NCBI GenBank assembly: GCA_028534125.1 | Contig: CM052817.1 | Span: 107,014,001-107,078,000, forward strand | Direction of reading: 5' to 3' | DNA from: Lama glama | Lineage: Eukaryota | Length of the DNA stretch: 64,000 bases | Part shown: in pieces, positions 24,501 through 37,501 of the stretch | How the letters are laid out: each line of letters begins with the position of its first letter | How positions within the stretch are numbered: the first letter of the stretch is position 1 | Program-made: the position numbers and the translations under genes | The notes under the pieces: model-generated | Seen by the model: the letters and a program-made list of their open reading frames with translations, nothing else | Told to the model about the DNA's origin: nothing | The model's database searches: none

Positions 24501-26829
24501 ACCTTCACACACCTAGGATCGACACTGAGATCTAAGCCTGTCTGGTGGTTGTCCAGCTTCCACATACATGCACATGACCCAGGACGCTCCTTTCAAACGC
24601 CTGTCCCAGGCTCTACCCATCCCACCCGGCCCCAGTGTCTGACCGCTACTGGGAGAGCCATCACAGCACCTTTAAACAAATATCCCCGGTCGTTCTTATC
24701 CCTGCGCTTGTCACGCTGAACAACCTTGAGAAAAACTATCTCGGGATCAAGCCCAAATGAGAACAAAAGGCAGGGAAAAGTGACAGCCCTGTCACTGACC
24801 ATGTCACGAGTTTCGTGGGTCTTATTCACCAATGTTACTTTAATTTTTCTCAAATAGTTGTTTTATGTCATTCAACTATGCGCTAAGGAGTCCCGTCAAG
24901 GGCTGCTGAGATGCCTAAAGCTAGGAATCTTGGGATGACCATGACTGAGCATGTCCTGGTAACCAAGTCTTCCAGCACCAGTAACAGGCAGAGGGAAAAC
25001 CCTGAAGACGAAAGAGGCGTGTGCAGGAGGGAAGACCTCTGCAGGTCCCTCCATTACCCAGCCAGACGCTCAGAGAAGCCCTGCAACTTCCAGATGGAGC
25101 TGAGAGCCACAAGGGCAGGCCGGGTCCCAGCCCCCATGCTGCACCCCGCCACGCCACCGGGAAGCCACAGAGCCCTGCCTGCGACAAGCACTGAGGAAAG
25201 GGAAGACAGCCAAGCAAAACAAAACAAAACAGAGACGGGCCAGCAAAAACGATCAGCTCGCCTTCAGTGAGACCTGAGAGAAGGACCCAGAGCAGTCGTG
25301 CTGGACCAGCCCCTCCTCCAGGCCCACCGGGACAGGACGGCAGGTCTGGAATAGGATGGGGGTGGCGGCACACACCCCGCCCCACTCTTTCCCATCTTAC
25401 CTCCTGCTGCCCTCAGCACAAGCCCCGCTGCTGGGGGGGCTCCTGTCTGTGCCCCGCTGCCTGGCCCTCTTCACCTCCTAAGTCAGCCTTCCTCTGCGGG
25501 GTCTCATTCCAGGATGCGCTCCCCACCCACTTGTCCTATTTTGTCCTTCCCTACCTCGGTCCCACTCCCAAGCTCTCTGTTCCCCACCTTCCCCCACTGG
25601 AGCTCCTTCAGGCATCGTGGACACAGGGCAGGATGTCAGTCAGTGTTTACTCAGGTAAATGGGATCAGCACCTGCTTCCTCTTGTGACCCAGGTTCCTGG
25701 GAGAAGGAAGCCCAGCCCCTCGGTGCAGCCCCCAGGAGAAGTAGGATGGAGCCAGGCAGAGAGCACGGGCTTGGGGACACACATCCTGTCCCAGCCACCA
25801 TCATCCCGGCGAAGGGAGCTTTGGGGTCCAGCTCCCCAGCTGCACACGGGGATATCAGGCCTCCTTCACAACGTTACTTTGATCTAATGAAACAATATCC
25901 ACCAAGGCCCTTGCAAAACAAGCGCATAAAAAACAAAGGCTCTCCTCCTCCCTTTTCCTCCCTGCAGGAACCAACCTACGACCTCACTTTATGCTCCCAA
26001 CCCAACACAGCCGAGGTGACAACTGTCATGCTGTCCAGCCATACTGTGCTCTCCCCCTCCCCTGTGCCTCAGGGCCTTTGAACAAACCCACTGGCCCAGC
26101 CTCACGGAGTGCCTTTGCCTAGTAAACGCATTACTCACCCTTTGAAGCCCAGGTCAACTACCACTTCCTCTGAGAAACGACGTAACATCTTCTCAATAAA
26201 GTGAGTCATCCTCCTCCTGGGTCCCCAGGGCACTCTGTACTTGGTCCCATGACCCAGCTGCCAGGGTGTTGTAATTACTTACTTCAGAAGTTTTCCCCCA
26301 TTAGCTTTCAAAAAACTCTTCTAACTCATCAGAATCTCCCATACACACACCATATAACGCTCGACTGGCACTCCGATATTTCATTAATAAATGAACTAAC
26401 AGCTGATTATACACCAACTCGGAGACAGTATTAAAGTGTCTGGAAGTCAAAGATGTGAGCTTCAACTTAGCAGGAACTGGGAAAATGAAGCCGGGCTCGG
26501 AGACTGTCCCGAGCAATACCCTGGATGCCCACGGGGTGGCGGTGTCTGCACGCTGAAGCGCTGCAGGTCCGCCACATTCCGGCTCAGAGGGGAGGGGGCT
26601 CACACAAGGGACCACGCTGGGGTCGGCAAGGGGGCTGGGAGAGTAACTACTAAATCCAAGGAGTCAGGTTAAACCAGTACCAGTGATCATTAGACGGCAA
26701 AGAAATGACCTGGGGGAAAGCTATTTCATTCAGTTGCTGATACACTGTGAAAACTTCAAGGCTGCAGGAAGGGGCAGGAAGGGGCAGGAAGGGGCAGGAG
26801 GGAGCAGGAGAAAGGCTGTCACAGAAGCC

Positions 26830-27680
26830 GAGGGGCAGCGGCTGCGGCCACGCGCGCTGACCCCGCGGACACCGGGCTGAAAGCCCGCCCGCCGCCAGCC
26901 GCCCGCGGACCCCTCACCGAGGTCTGCGCATTTGTGTTTGGGGAGGAAGGTGTCAACCAAGGGAACCGCGGGGATGGTACCCAGACAACGACAAACCATC
27001 CGGGACCAGAGGTCCGGGCACGGCGGGGCCGGTCCGGGAAGGGACCCCTCCCGCGGGCGCGGACGGAGGGCGGCGGGCGGGGCGCGGGGCCCGGGGCCCC
27101 TCCGCGCCGCGTGCGGACGGCAGTACCCGGGATCCCACGCGGATGCGCAGCGACGGCTCCGCGAACACGAGTGGGTGCCGGGGCAGGAAGGTCCAGAAAC
27201 GGAGACGAAGCCGCGCAAGGGGAGGGGGGAGGTCAGGTACAACGGAACACCAGCTTTCCCGGCGAGCTCGGAAGAGAGGCTGCCTTCTCCCGCCCAGGGT
27301 GCTCCCCGTGCGCACCCGGGAGCGGGACTGCTGGCTCCACGTCCGGACCTAGGACACCAGAACGCGAAATAAGTGAAGGCCATCAGAGTTCCAGTAAGCA
27401 GGCGGAGACGGCCAGCGAGGAACCCCGGAGGGCCGGGCACCGGTGACCCAGCTAGAAACACACCTGTTCTTCCCCTCTGTCCGCGGTCCCGGCAGCCTCG
27501 CCCAAGGAGAACACCGGGAAGCAGGGGTCTCCCCGAATCTTCTGCGTCTCCACCCACCGCGTTCCGGGGGCTCCCCTCCCAGGCAGGCCTCTCCTAGCCG
27601 GAGCCCCTGCTCCAGTCCCGGGCCTCGGTCTCCGCCCCCGTGCCGTTACTACACGCTTCCGACCCGCGCAGACGCCTACT
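26830..27680. promoter_or_regulatory. Intronic CpG island with GC boxes (intron 3)
   Basis: About 850 bp visibly very rich in GC and CpG, with gggcggcgggcggggcgcgggg at ~27068-27089; AT-rich DNA follows at 28.2-28.9 kb. Confidence 0.7.
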
Positions 27681-28860
27681 CTCAAGTGTAGGACCATGCC
27701 AACAGCCAAAGTAGGAATAACTTTACAGGTGACCCTCCACCCTTTCGTGGGAGTCGGCAGCTGGGTCTCCATGTGGACTGGCGAGCCCCTTGGACAGAAA
27801 CCCGGCCAGCCCTCTGCCCGCGGAAACAGCTCCTGCTGCTGGCTGAGGGGGATTTCCTAGGAACGGAGTGTCCCAGGGCTGAAAACAAGTTCCAGCAGCC
27901 GCCACCTTCCCATATGCAGATGGCTTTCCTCTTTTTCACAAATACATTACATCACTTCTGTCACTGGATTTATCAAGAAGTTTAATTTTTTTCTGCTTCT
28001 CTGGTGGGTCTCTAAGCTTTAAGCTCAAAGACAAAATATGTATTACGTATTTTTGTAAGGCCAACGGCACAAAGCGAGCTCCGGGGAAAAGCTACTGCAA
28101 TGGCGGCCTAGCGCAGGGCCCTAACGATGCCAGGTCAAGGTCAAAAGAAAGGCCAGGTGCAGGTGCCAGTTTTACTTGGGCATAAAGCGTGGGACATATT
28201 TTAGAAGGAGCTCCACCAAGAGTTAAAGTTTACATTTCTAACCTACAGAACAGCAATACTGCATGAGGAAAGTATACACTTCATAATATTTATACAGAAG
28301 TACATAATCATAAATTCCCACACATATGAAAACACATTTTAAAAGCAGAGGGTAACTTTTTTGTTCTAGTTCCTGAAAGTTTTAAATTATAAGGAAGTTA
28401 CTTCACTTTAATTCTTAAAAACTCTGAAGGAAAAAAAGCGCTAGTTCAACATTAAGGTTTTTAAGAAAATTCTGTTCTCTTCTTGATACCAATTCAATTA
28501 CAGGGGCTTGAAACCAGCAAATAGGGTAAATCAGTAACATCCGTAAGAACCCTGAAAGCTGATGGAAATATTAAGGCTCTTTCAGCTTTATTTTGAAAAT
28601 ATTTTATTTTAAATGTATTAAAGCATTTTGAAAATATTTTTATTTTTGAAAAATATTATGTTTTGAAAGTTTGAAGGATAAGTAGACTTTTTTATTCATA
28701 ATTCACTTAACCAGCAGAGTTAATAATATAAACTACTGAAAACTAGTAAAGACAAAAGTTCTGCAGGCTCCCTGTGCAGTCACTCTTAAATTTATAAAAT
28801 CCATTTTAAACAGGAAATGAAGGAATAATATCTTGCGAGTTACAAAGTTACTCAATAAAC

Positions 28861-28953
28861 CCCCCTTTTTTTTTTAAATAGAGGTACTGGGGATTGATCC
28901 CAGGACCTCACGCATGCTAAGCACATACTCTACCGCTGAGCTACACCCTCCCC
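28861..28953 (-). mobile_element. tRNA-Ala-derived SINE, short form
   Basis: polyT followed by gaggtactggggattgatcccaggacctcacgcatgctaagc..ctaccgctgagctac; flanked by aataaac on both sides. Confidence 0.88.
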
Positions 28954-30270
28954 TAATAAACTCTTAAGCACAATTCGTCAATGAGTGACTCAGCTGCACT
29001 GAGGGCAGAGGCTATGTATCCAAGGGTTTGAAGAACAATTTATCAAATTTATAAGAGCAGCCAAAGTCAACTCTTTTGAAAACTACCAAAATTAATTTAC
29101 AAATCTGCATCTTTCAGAGTTACGCACTGCAATTTCACTTTCATGACCTCTTTTCATCTAGAGAAAACTGGCATCCAGAAATGCTAAGGAAAACTTGCAG
29201 CTGTCAGATACCAAATTCAAACCAAATCTGCCCAGCCCAGCGACAAGGGCCCTGGGCCAGTTCACCTTGAGCCAGTCACCAGAAAGCACAGGAAGTAACG
29301 ATGTCGACTACGTGTTACTTTAAACAGCTATATTTAAGAGGAGTTAGAGGTTTTTATTCACTAAGTAGTTTCACGGAAAATAGACACAAAGAACCTCACA
29401 CCGAAGGTGCAGTCCGCTGTTTTATCAGGAAGTTAGACCATCATGAAGGTCGTGATCTGCTCACCTAGCAAAGGAGGAGCTCCCTTTGAGATAAGCACAA
29501 AAAATAACAGAGAAGACCAGGTGCACGTTCCTGTGCCGGCGTCATGACAAATGTAAATCTGAAACGCAAACACAGTCCCGGCCCGGGTGGGGTTTAGAGG
29601 TTTTAAATCCCTTTATTTAACTACTCTTGTATTGGCCATGAAAAGAAAACATTTTCATTCAAGACTTACAGTATATACAAGTATCATTATTGCCAAGAAC
29701 CCTTGGAGTATCACCATATGAGCACAAAGCAGTCTTCTGAAGTCAGTCTGCTTGTGGGTATGTGTGCGCACGGGTATGTGTTTGAATTTTCATGCTTCCA
29801 TACAGGACTCGTGGCTGAACATCCTTATCCTGCAAGTCTGTGCGAAGGCTAAGTCTTTACAGATATCACTCTTCCGAGTCAGTAAAAACTTCAGGATTTG
29901 CCTTTTCCTTATACACAGACCCAAGGAAAGTTACGGAAACCAGACAAGAAGGACATTTCAAACAGTGGTAACACCCTGCTGGGGAAGAAAGGAAAAGAGG
30001 TTTGAGATACTTTCTTAAGCAACCTAGGTGACAGATGAGCACTTTTGTAAGAATGTTCTAACAAGGTGTGTGTGGGAGGTGCGAGTGGGAAGGAAAAATA
30101 AATAATAAATAAATGTTATAATGAGACTTTGGTGTAAAATAAAATAAAAGTTTGGCCCCATCAGGAAGGAGAAAGCAGGACAACAATGGGATGAAAGAGC
30201 CAGAGGAAAACTTTGTAAGGATGGGAGACACTGGCAGAGTCACTATGTGAGGGAAAGGGGACAGGACATG

Positions 30271-30490
30271 GGAGAGGAGTAACACCGTGGAAGGGGCAGC
30301 TCTTCCCCCAGGAGGAGGAATCACTGGAGAGGAGTAACACCACGGGAAGGGGCAGCTCTCCCCCCAGGAGGAGGAATCACTGGAGAGGAGTAACACCACG
30401 GGAAGGGGCAGCTCTCCCCCCAGGAGGAGGAATCACTGGAGAGGATTAACACCGTGGAAGGGGCAGCTCTTTCCCCAGGAGGAGGAGGAG
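30271..30490 (+). repeat. Minisatellite, about 4 copies of a 55-56 bp unit
   Basis: Units start at 30271, 30326, 30382 and 30438: ggagaggagtaacacc(gt/acg)ggaaggggcagctct..ccccaggaggaggaatcact. Confidence 0.95.
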
Positions 30491-31559
30491 GCACCGGAGG
30501 GAACTGTGGCCACAGGAAACCCGTGGAGTCTGAGAACAGAAGCAAAGTGGGGCAAGGCCACTGGAGGAGGGGAGCATGGAGGGAGGGACAGAGGCGGGTT
30601 GCCCAGCAGAGAAGCGAGGATCGGGGACAACTGTTGTGCACAGGAAATCAAAGTCCCCGAGCGAGAAGCCCACCAAGCAGAGTGGGTGCTGCAGCGGGGC
30701 CTGGGGGCCACAGGTCGAAGGATGGAAATGAAAGGCCTGAGGAGGCTCAACAGACCTCAGTGCGGCTTTTTAAAATAAAGGAGCCACCTCCTCTCCTGCA
30801 GGGAGGGGAGATAAGCCCCTTAACCAAGTGCTATGGAAACTGTTCCGGAACCAAAGCATCCCACCCACATGTGTGTGGGAAACGGGCTGCGGTTCAGCCG
30901 GACACGTACTATAGTGTAGCTGCGTGTGCGTGTGCATGCGTGCGTGTGCACACTCTAAAACCAGGAGTCCAGTGGTTGAATTTCTGACCCAAAGGTTTCC
31001 AGCACTTTAAATGCAACTATAGATGAAACTGAAATGGTGAGGATGGCTGGCTATTTAAGAAAAAGTAAAGATAAAGGACAGATCTGTTAACCTCATTGCT
31101 TAAATTCTTGAAAGAGCTCCCTGAACTAAAGTCCCTCTGGTTTGAAATGTCTATTATCCCACTTAGAACTTCCCAGCCAGCAACGCCCCTCCGCGAAGCA
31201 GACAACAAATGAAAGGCAGGCATAGGTGCCTGGTGCTCTCGCCCACGGTGTAAAGTTCAACCGATTTTATCTAACTCTCCAGTGTCAACAAATTCTAGGT
31301 TCTACATAGGCAATTCTAAACTCGAAAAATTCAATTCTCTCAGAACCACGTCTCTTCCTGGATCTCAATACAATTTAAAATGGCATTCTGTCACTCTGCG
31401 TAGGTTGAAACAGTAACACTGTGGGAGTTACAGAGTCACTGCCCTAACTCCTTCCTAAAAAAGAAAAGTTTCAAGCAGCTAGAAAAACTGGGAGAACAAA
31501 ACACAAATTACCAAAACAACGAACATGCAGTGGCAGTGATGTCAGCTGCAGACGTGTCC

Positions 31560-31700
31560 GTCCCTCAGCCTCACAGCAGCACGGAGGGGCGGGTGCTGTG
31601 ACCACTGCTTCCATTTTACAGGTGAGAAAAACGAGGTGCAGAGGTGGATCAAAGGAGTATTATATTCACCTGGTGCAACTGTTAAAATCACAGGCTTGGA
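31560..31700 (-). mobile_element. MIR relic
   Basis: Core motif ccattttacaggtgagaaaaacgaggtgcagagg. Confidence 0.65.
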
Positions 31701-32569
31701 AGTCACCAGCACACAACACAACAAGGAAAATGAATACTCATCTCTGGGCCATAAAACCAAATTCTGAAGGTCTTTGATTTTCCGACTGCACTGCGTTCTC
31801 TGAGCTCCAGGGAGGACAAGAACAGACTGGCCATCTCCCCCAGGTGGTAACAACAACAGGTCCCCAGAGAGGGCTGGTGCTACTCCGCCATCACAGATTC
31901 ATACCCACCGCAAGCACAAGCCGCGTCTGATTTTTCAAAAGTGCACTCACACAGACTGCTAAGAGCAGAGACGTGTCTGTTCAAGGATCACAGAGGAAGA
32001 CTCTTCAATTAGCCTTCAACACAAGATTGGCCAAAGACTGGGAATCTGATTAAGTGAATCTACGATCCGTCTCTGGAAACTTCCGGTCTTACGAAACCGC
32101 CATCTACTGAACACCCGTAGACGTTTCACGGCTTACTGACACGGCCACCTAACTCTGATTAGTCACCAATGAGCAATTACTACAGTCAAGTCTAACTGCG
32201 GGCTGCAGCCTGATGCATTCAATCTAGGATTAGCCAAGACATGTGAGCAATGCTGATGATGCAAAGCTCACATTCACTGCCTAACTGACTTCTTAGAAAA
32301 AAAGAAAAAAAAAAAGAAGAAAGCAGGTATATTTAAAACACTGCAATTGAACTTCCACTTACATGAATAATAGCTGGTCGTTGTTAGGAAGCTGGGAAGA
32401 TGCAGGAAGAACAGCTAAGGGGCTTCCGTTGCCACCAGCAGCCCTCGGAAAGGCCAGCCCCATGGGAGAGGCGGTCCTTACCCTGTCAGCACACAGCACC
32501 CTTTTTTAACGACATGAAGGCGGCTGGGAAATGCTGGGGTTTGGGTAACAGCAAGGGCTGCAGAACTAC

Positions 32570-32770
32570 AACGTCTGGGCCCAGACCCAGACCCTGCTTT
32601 GAGCAGAGAGACCCTGGGTCAGTTCCTCATCCTCTCCGAGCCTCAGTGCCTTCACCTGCAAAACGGGGTGATGGTAACATCTACCACCAAGACAGCCACA
32701 AGGGGTGAGGAGATCAAGGCACAGGAGGCACGGATTCGAGTATGGGACGGAGGGCGTGCTTGTTAAGTGC
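32570..32770 (+). mobile_element. MIR relic
   Basis: gaccctgggtcagttcctcatcctctccgagcctcagtgccttcacctgcaaaacgggg. Confidence 0.65.
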
Positions 32771-33369
32771 CTGCTGGTACCTCTTCACCACCACCCCAAA
32801 CCATGATTCAGGGGGAAAGGACAAAATAATACAAAGCTGATGCCTGCTGGCACTCGACTGCTAAAGTAAATGTCAGCAATATTCTCCGGAGATTTCCCAC
32901 CCTGTCATCAGTATACCCCTTCCACGGATGGCTTTTCATTGCTCCTAAAACAGAAGATTCCAAGTTATTTACATCTTCATTCCTTCAAGAATAAATACGT
33001 CAAGTGCATTTGGCCTTGGTTCTCTCATTACCAATTATGTCTTGGTTATTTACAATTCTTCCATATTTGAAGTATGTTTTCTAAGCCCCAGAAGATTACT
33101 TACAACTGCCTGCTAAACAGCCAAAGAATCATCCTAGCTCAGATCCACCCGCGTCTTCTGCTAAAGTCTGTCCTGACCCAGCCCCATTTCTCTGCCTTGG
33201 CCCAGTTTCAGCGTGGCCACCTCGGGTTCCTGCAGACCCCCCCAGACCTCCCTGCCCATCCCCTCCGCCTAACCCGCCCTCTGTACTCCAGGAAGACCAT
33301 CTTTTGAGGGACGAGGGGGGCTCAGAGGCATCTGATCCATCATTTTGCTCCTTGAAAATGGACCACCCA

Positions 33370-33710
33370 GCTACAGATTAAAAGAGACTTAAGATATCAA
33401 CCAATGAACAAAGTGTGCCAAAAATGTTCTGAGACAAGGAAATGAGAACACTTTCATGATGTTAAAGAATTACTAAGTCTGTGATAAGGCCTTTCTCTTT
33501 TACAGATAAGACACCTAGAGTAGCAAGTCAGGGTGAAGGGAGGCGTCTGGATTTCCCGCGCGGTAACCCGTCTGCTGCAGGCCGGGAGCTGGGTAAGAGG
33601 CGAGCCAGCACCGGCCCTCCGCGGACAGTGCTGGCAGCGCGTGCACGGGGCGGGGAACTGTTAGTCTTCCATCCCAATACTGCGAACACCCGGGAATTTC
33701 CATAATCAAA
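33370..33710 (+). mobile_element. Ancient L1 (L1MC/L1ME-like) 3' end
   Basis: ctacagattaaaagagacttaaga...gatgttaaagaattact...gaatttccataat follows recalled old-L1 3' termini. Confidence 0.55.
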
Positions 33711-34858
33711 TGTAATGCAAGAGGGAAGCCACTCATCCCACTCATCTCCAGTTGCCTACAAGACTCGAGAATGACTTCTGAACGACACACTCACAAGCAA
33801 GTGTGACAGTTGCCTGCCCCCTTCCCCGGCCCACACGCCACCCGCTGCTCACGCCAAACCTGCCAGAATGTTCACAGCACCAGGCCAGGCCCCTTCACCT
33901 CCCGAGTCCCTGCACAGGGTCCCTCCTGCCCGGGCGGTCTCTCTAGGCCCCCAGACACACTGTGAGCCCTGGTTCAAAGGGCCGCATCTCCGAGACCCTC
34001 CCCATCTTCCTGAAGCCCCCCTGCACTCACCCCTGACCCCAACCCCCAGTTACTCTGGTTCCTTAGCATTTCTTCTTCTGGTTTTCCTTTTTCTTTTTTT
34101 TTCCTATTTCTACCCCCACCACAAAGGATTAGAGCCTCCTTAAAAGCAGAAGCTGTTTTTTATTTGTTTCAATAAATATTCCCTGTAATTTGCATGGAAA
34201 GCAGTAATTGTTTAGTAAGTGCTTTGAAACCCAGGAAGGAAAGTCAACAGAACAACAGTCACTCTGGCAAATGGCAGCGGCCACAAAGGCCCAGCAGACC
34301 ACAGCGCCCCCGCCCTCAACACACCAACGCTCACCGTGTTCTTTAAAGAGTCAGCTGTCATTTTCTCAAGGCGTACGTTACACACCTTGAAAGAAATAGC
34401 ATCATCGTTTAAAGAAGAAACTACACCCAAAGAGATGCGGGCAGCTTATTTTCCTGTTTCTAAAAGAGGCACGAGCTGACTCAGGACACTGACGCTATCA
34501 TTACGTCTCACCTGGCGTGGTCGTGAGAACATGTATTCTGTCCTGTTGAAAAGACTATGCACTATTTCTCATTCCACAATGATAAAAGTCAAAATGCCCC
34601 ATAACGTGAAACAGCATCTCGGAACCACACGTCAGAGAAACACAGGTACAGACGAGAACTTATCAGCAAAGGCCTGTAAACTCTCCCTTTGTGACGGCAA
34701 GCAGCCGAGATGCTTCCCAGCCCTGAATTATGAAATAAAAGTTAATGCAGAATTACGGCACTGCTGACATGGCCAGCTGTTCCTAACGCTTCTCTGTACT
34801 TTGAGGAAATCATTTAGTTGCTGCATCACACGTTGTACAAAAAGGAAGAAACACCTAC

Positions 34859-34915
34859 TAGTATAAAACTTCATTTGCTTCGTGTCTTTCGTATCTCACA
34901 GTTTCACACATCAAT
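34859..34915 (-). CDS. RAPGEF2: RAPGEF2 coding exon 3 (57 nt, phase 2->2), LMCETVRYERHEANEVLY(Y)
   Basis: ...ttttgttttacag|ATTGATGTGTGAAACT...TTATACTA|gtaggt; split codons AG+A=Arg and TA+C=Tyr fit both neighbours. Confidence 0.95.
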
Positions 34916-36299
34916 CTGTAAAACAAAAAATAAAGACATGAGTTCAACATCTGTCATGAAAAAACAGACAAATAGTTTACAAGTGTAAATGAGACGTGCT
35001 GTAGAAAGTGAAGATAAACTTATATGAATAGTCACAATCATTTATTAGCCTCAAGACAAGTATTTCTGGTGCCTAGGTTAACAAAATAAAATAAAATCTG
35101 GTAAATTTTATGCTAACAAAGAAACATTTTGTTGGATGTCAACTTTGCCATGTTTATTTTATAGGAAACAAAATTGTATGTGTTTTGTATTTTGTAAATG
35201 ACATGTGGAAAAATTAATGTTCCCAAGGTAAACAGAAAATGAGAAGGAACCTAAAAATCAGAAAGGAAAACCTATTCATTTAAAAAGTGATAACGTCATT
35301 CGCAGGTCAACATTGATGTGACTTAACAGCACGGAATTTCAGACAAAAGTAGGCTTGTATTAAAGTCAGCACTGGTATGACTAACGGCCAAATGGAGGCT
35401 TTCCAACTTAAAGATTTGTTATTTCAGCTGATTCATCCCTGAGGAAAAAAAAATCATGAAAGTTATGGAAAACATGAATGAATGTTTAAATATTTAAAAT
35501 TATCTCAAAAACAGCATCTTCCAAAAGCATCCAATTATAAGCCCAAGTAAAATTTCCCAAAAGCACAGACACGCCAAAGAGGAAATGACCCCTCTCATGG
35601 AGGCACTAGTAAATGGAAGAGGCGGCTGCAGAAGTGATGGTTTCACCAGCACCTCTGTCCTGGTCAGCGGGGCTCCAGCCCCCGGCCTGTGACACACTGC
35701 TATCGACACAGCCACCTTCCCTCTGTCTGCAAAATCCAACGCGTGCCACACACCGTTAACTCTTCACTTGAAGACAACTCTCTGGCCCTGCTCTTCTCAC
35801 CCCACCTTAGAGACCCCCCTTATCCTCTCAGTCCCGTCCTAGACACATACCACCTGAATGTCACTAACTCCAGGAAGCAGCAGCAAACCTTAAATCCACA
35901 TCATCTAGCTTTCTTTCACGGACCGAATCATACTCATTCTTCAGAAGAGAGGATGACAGGCACAAGTAATGGGTCGAAAAGTCCTGGGTCTTAAATCATG
36001 TAGCAGGCGCTGCCTCTTCCCTGGATCTCGTTCCTCCTGCGGTGGACCCTGGCTCCTGCGAGCACACTGCTCCCCACCAGCCACTGCTCCCTCCCCCCGA
36101 ATCTCTGCCTGTAACACAGAAACACACCTTGGAATCTCCTATTGTCGAGGGGAGGGACTCTCCTGACCCCACGTCCCCTCCAGCTACTGCCCACATTCCG
36201 CTTTTCCCAGGACAGAAGCTCACCCTTCACAGAGGTCTACATACTCTGTCTCCACTCTCTCACCCTCCTCCTACTCCTCCATCATTTGGGCCTTGAAAC

Positions 36300-37340
36300 T
36301 CAAAGAAAAATCTCTAAAAGTTACCAGCATCCTGTTACCTAAATCTTTTCTGATCTTGTATTAATATCACATCTCAGCAGCATTCGATGACTTCCTTTTC
36401 CTTGGAGCATCACCTTCTCTAAGTCTCCTGGTTTCTAAATATTACCCGTCTCCAGGGACCATCAGCCCTCTTCCCCTTGGCACCCCATGACCTCACCCAG
36501 TCTGTGATTTTACACTTAATGCATAAACTGATGTCTGCCGAGGCAACGCCCCACCCCTAACCTCTCACCGTGACACCCACTCATCTCAACAACTACTCCT
36601 GGCCGTGTAATAGCCAATTCATGTTCAAACGTCCAAGACAGACCTTGAGCTTCTTCCCCAATGATCTGCTTTCCCACAATCAGAATCCAATTGTTTAGAC
36701 CAGAAACCTTGGAGTCAAGTCCCTAACTCCTGCTTTCGTCACATCTCACCCTCCGGCCACTCCTGTTTCCCAAATGCATCCTCCCGATTGACCAAGTGCA
36801 CCATCTGCCCGTGAAAACCAGCCTGAGTCAGCGACAACTCACGACCACCTCTCACGCAGACCACGCACGCAGACACGGAGGCACAGCATCACACCCCTCT
36901 GCTTGCAGCAGGACATCCCGACTCCCCGTCCTGGACCGCAGGGTCCCACACTGCCGGCTGCACACAGCATCCTACGCTCGCTCGACCGCGCCGAGCCCGT
37001 TCCCACCGCAGAGCCTCCGGGACCCATCGGTGCTGCGAAGACCTTCGCCCAGCTATGCCACTCAGACGGTACCTCCGTTCGACCACAGAGTCGAAGCAGC
37101 CCAGGGCCCAGTCTTCCGCTGCCCAGCACGCCAACACACGAGCACAACGACACGGCCTGTCCACCTAGGTCTCGCCCGCCCACGAGGAACCAGCTCCGGG
37201 GTGGCGGGCGGCCCCTCTCCCTGCTGCGTCTACCAGACCGCGGGCACGCAACCAGAGCGGGCGACCCCACCAGTGCCTCTCACCAGTGCCGTCAGAAAAG
37301 CGTGAAGTCGTCCATATGACGAGGCTCTAAATAAACAGAA
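36300..37340 (+). mobile_element. L2 LINE relic (RT region to 3' end)
   Basis: tctcagcagcattcgat (SAAFD remnant of the L2 RT), cagaaaccttggagtca, gttcccaccgcagagcct and terminal aaataaacagaa. Confidence 0.6.
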
Positions 37341-37438
37341 AGTACCAAAACGCCTTTTTGTCTTTCAACATTGTTAGGGAACGTTTTATCAAAAGCCTAT
37401 TGATGTTCCCTGAATTCCTAGAGTATATTCATCATGAT

Positions 37439-37464
37439 TGTGTGTGTGGGCGCGTGTGTGTGTG

Positions 37465-37499
<35 letters not shown>
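37439..37499. repeat. (GT)n microsatellite, interrupted
   Basis: Direct inspection. Confidence 0.95.

Positions 37500-37501
<2 letters not shown>

Noticed and set aside
26730..27557. Long overlapping ORFs (up to 275 aa) in several frames
   Set aside because: G/P/R/A-rich products expected from stop-codon scarcity in a CpG island; no recognisable domain.
30271..30490. CRISPR-like regular repeat
   Set aside because: Units are contiguous with no unique spacers, there are no cas genes, and the DNA is a mammalian intron.
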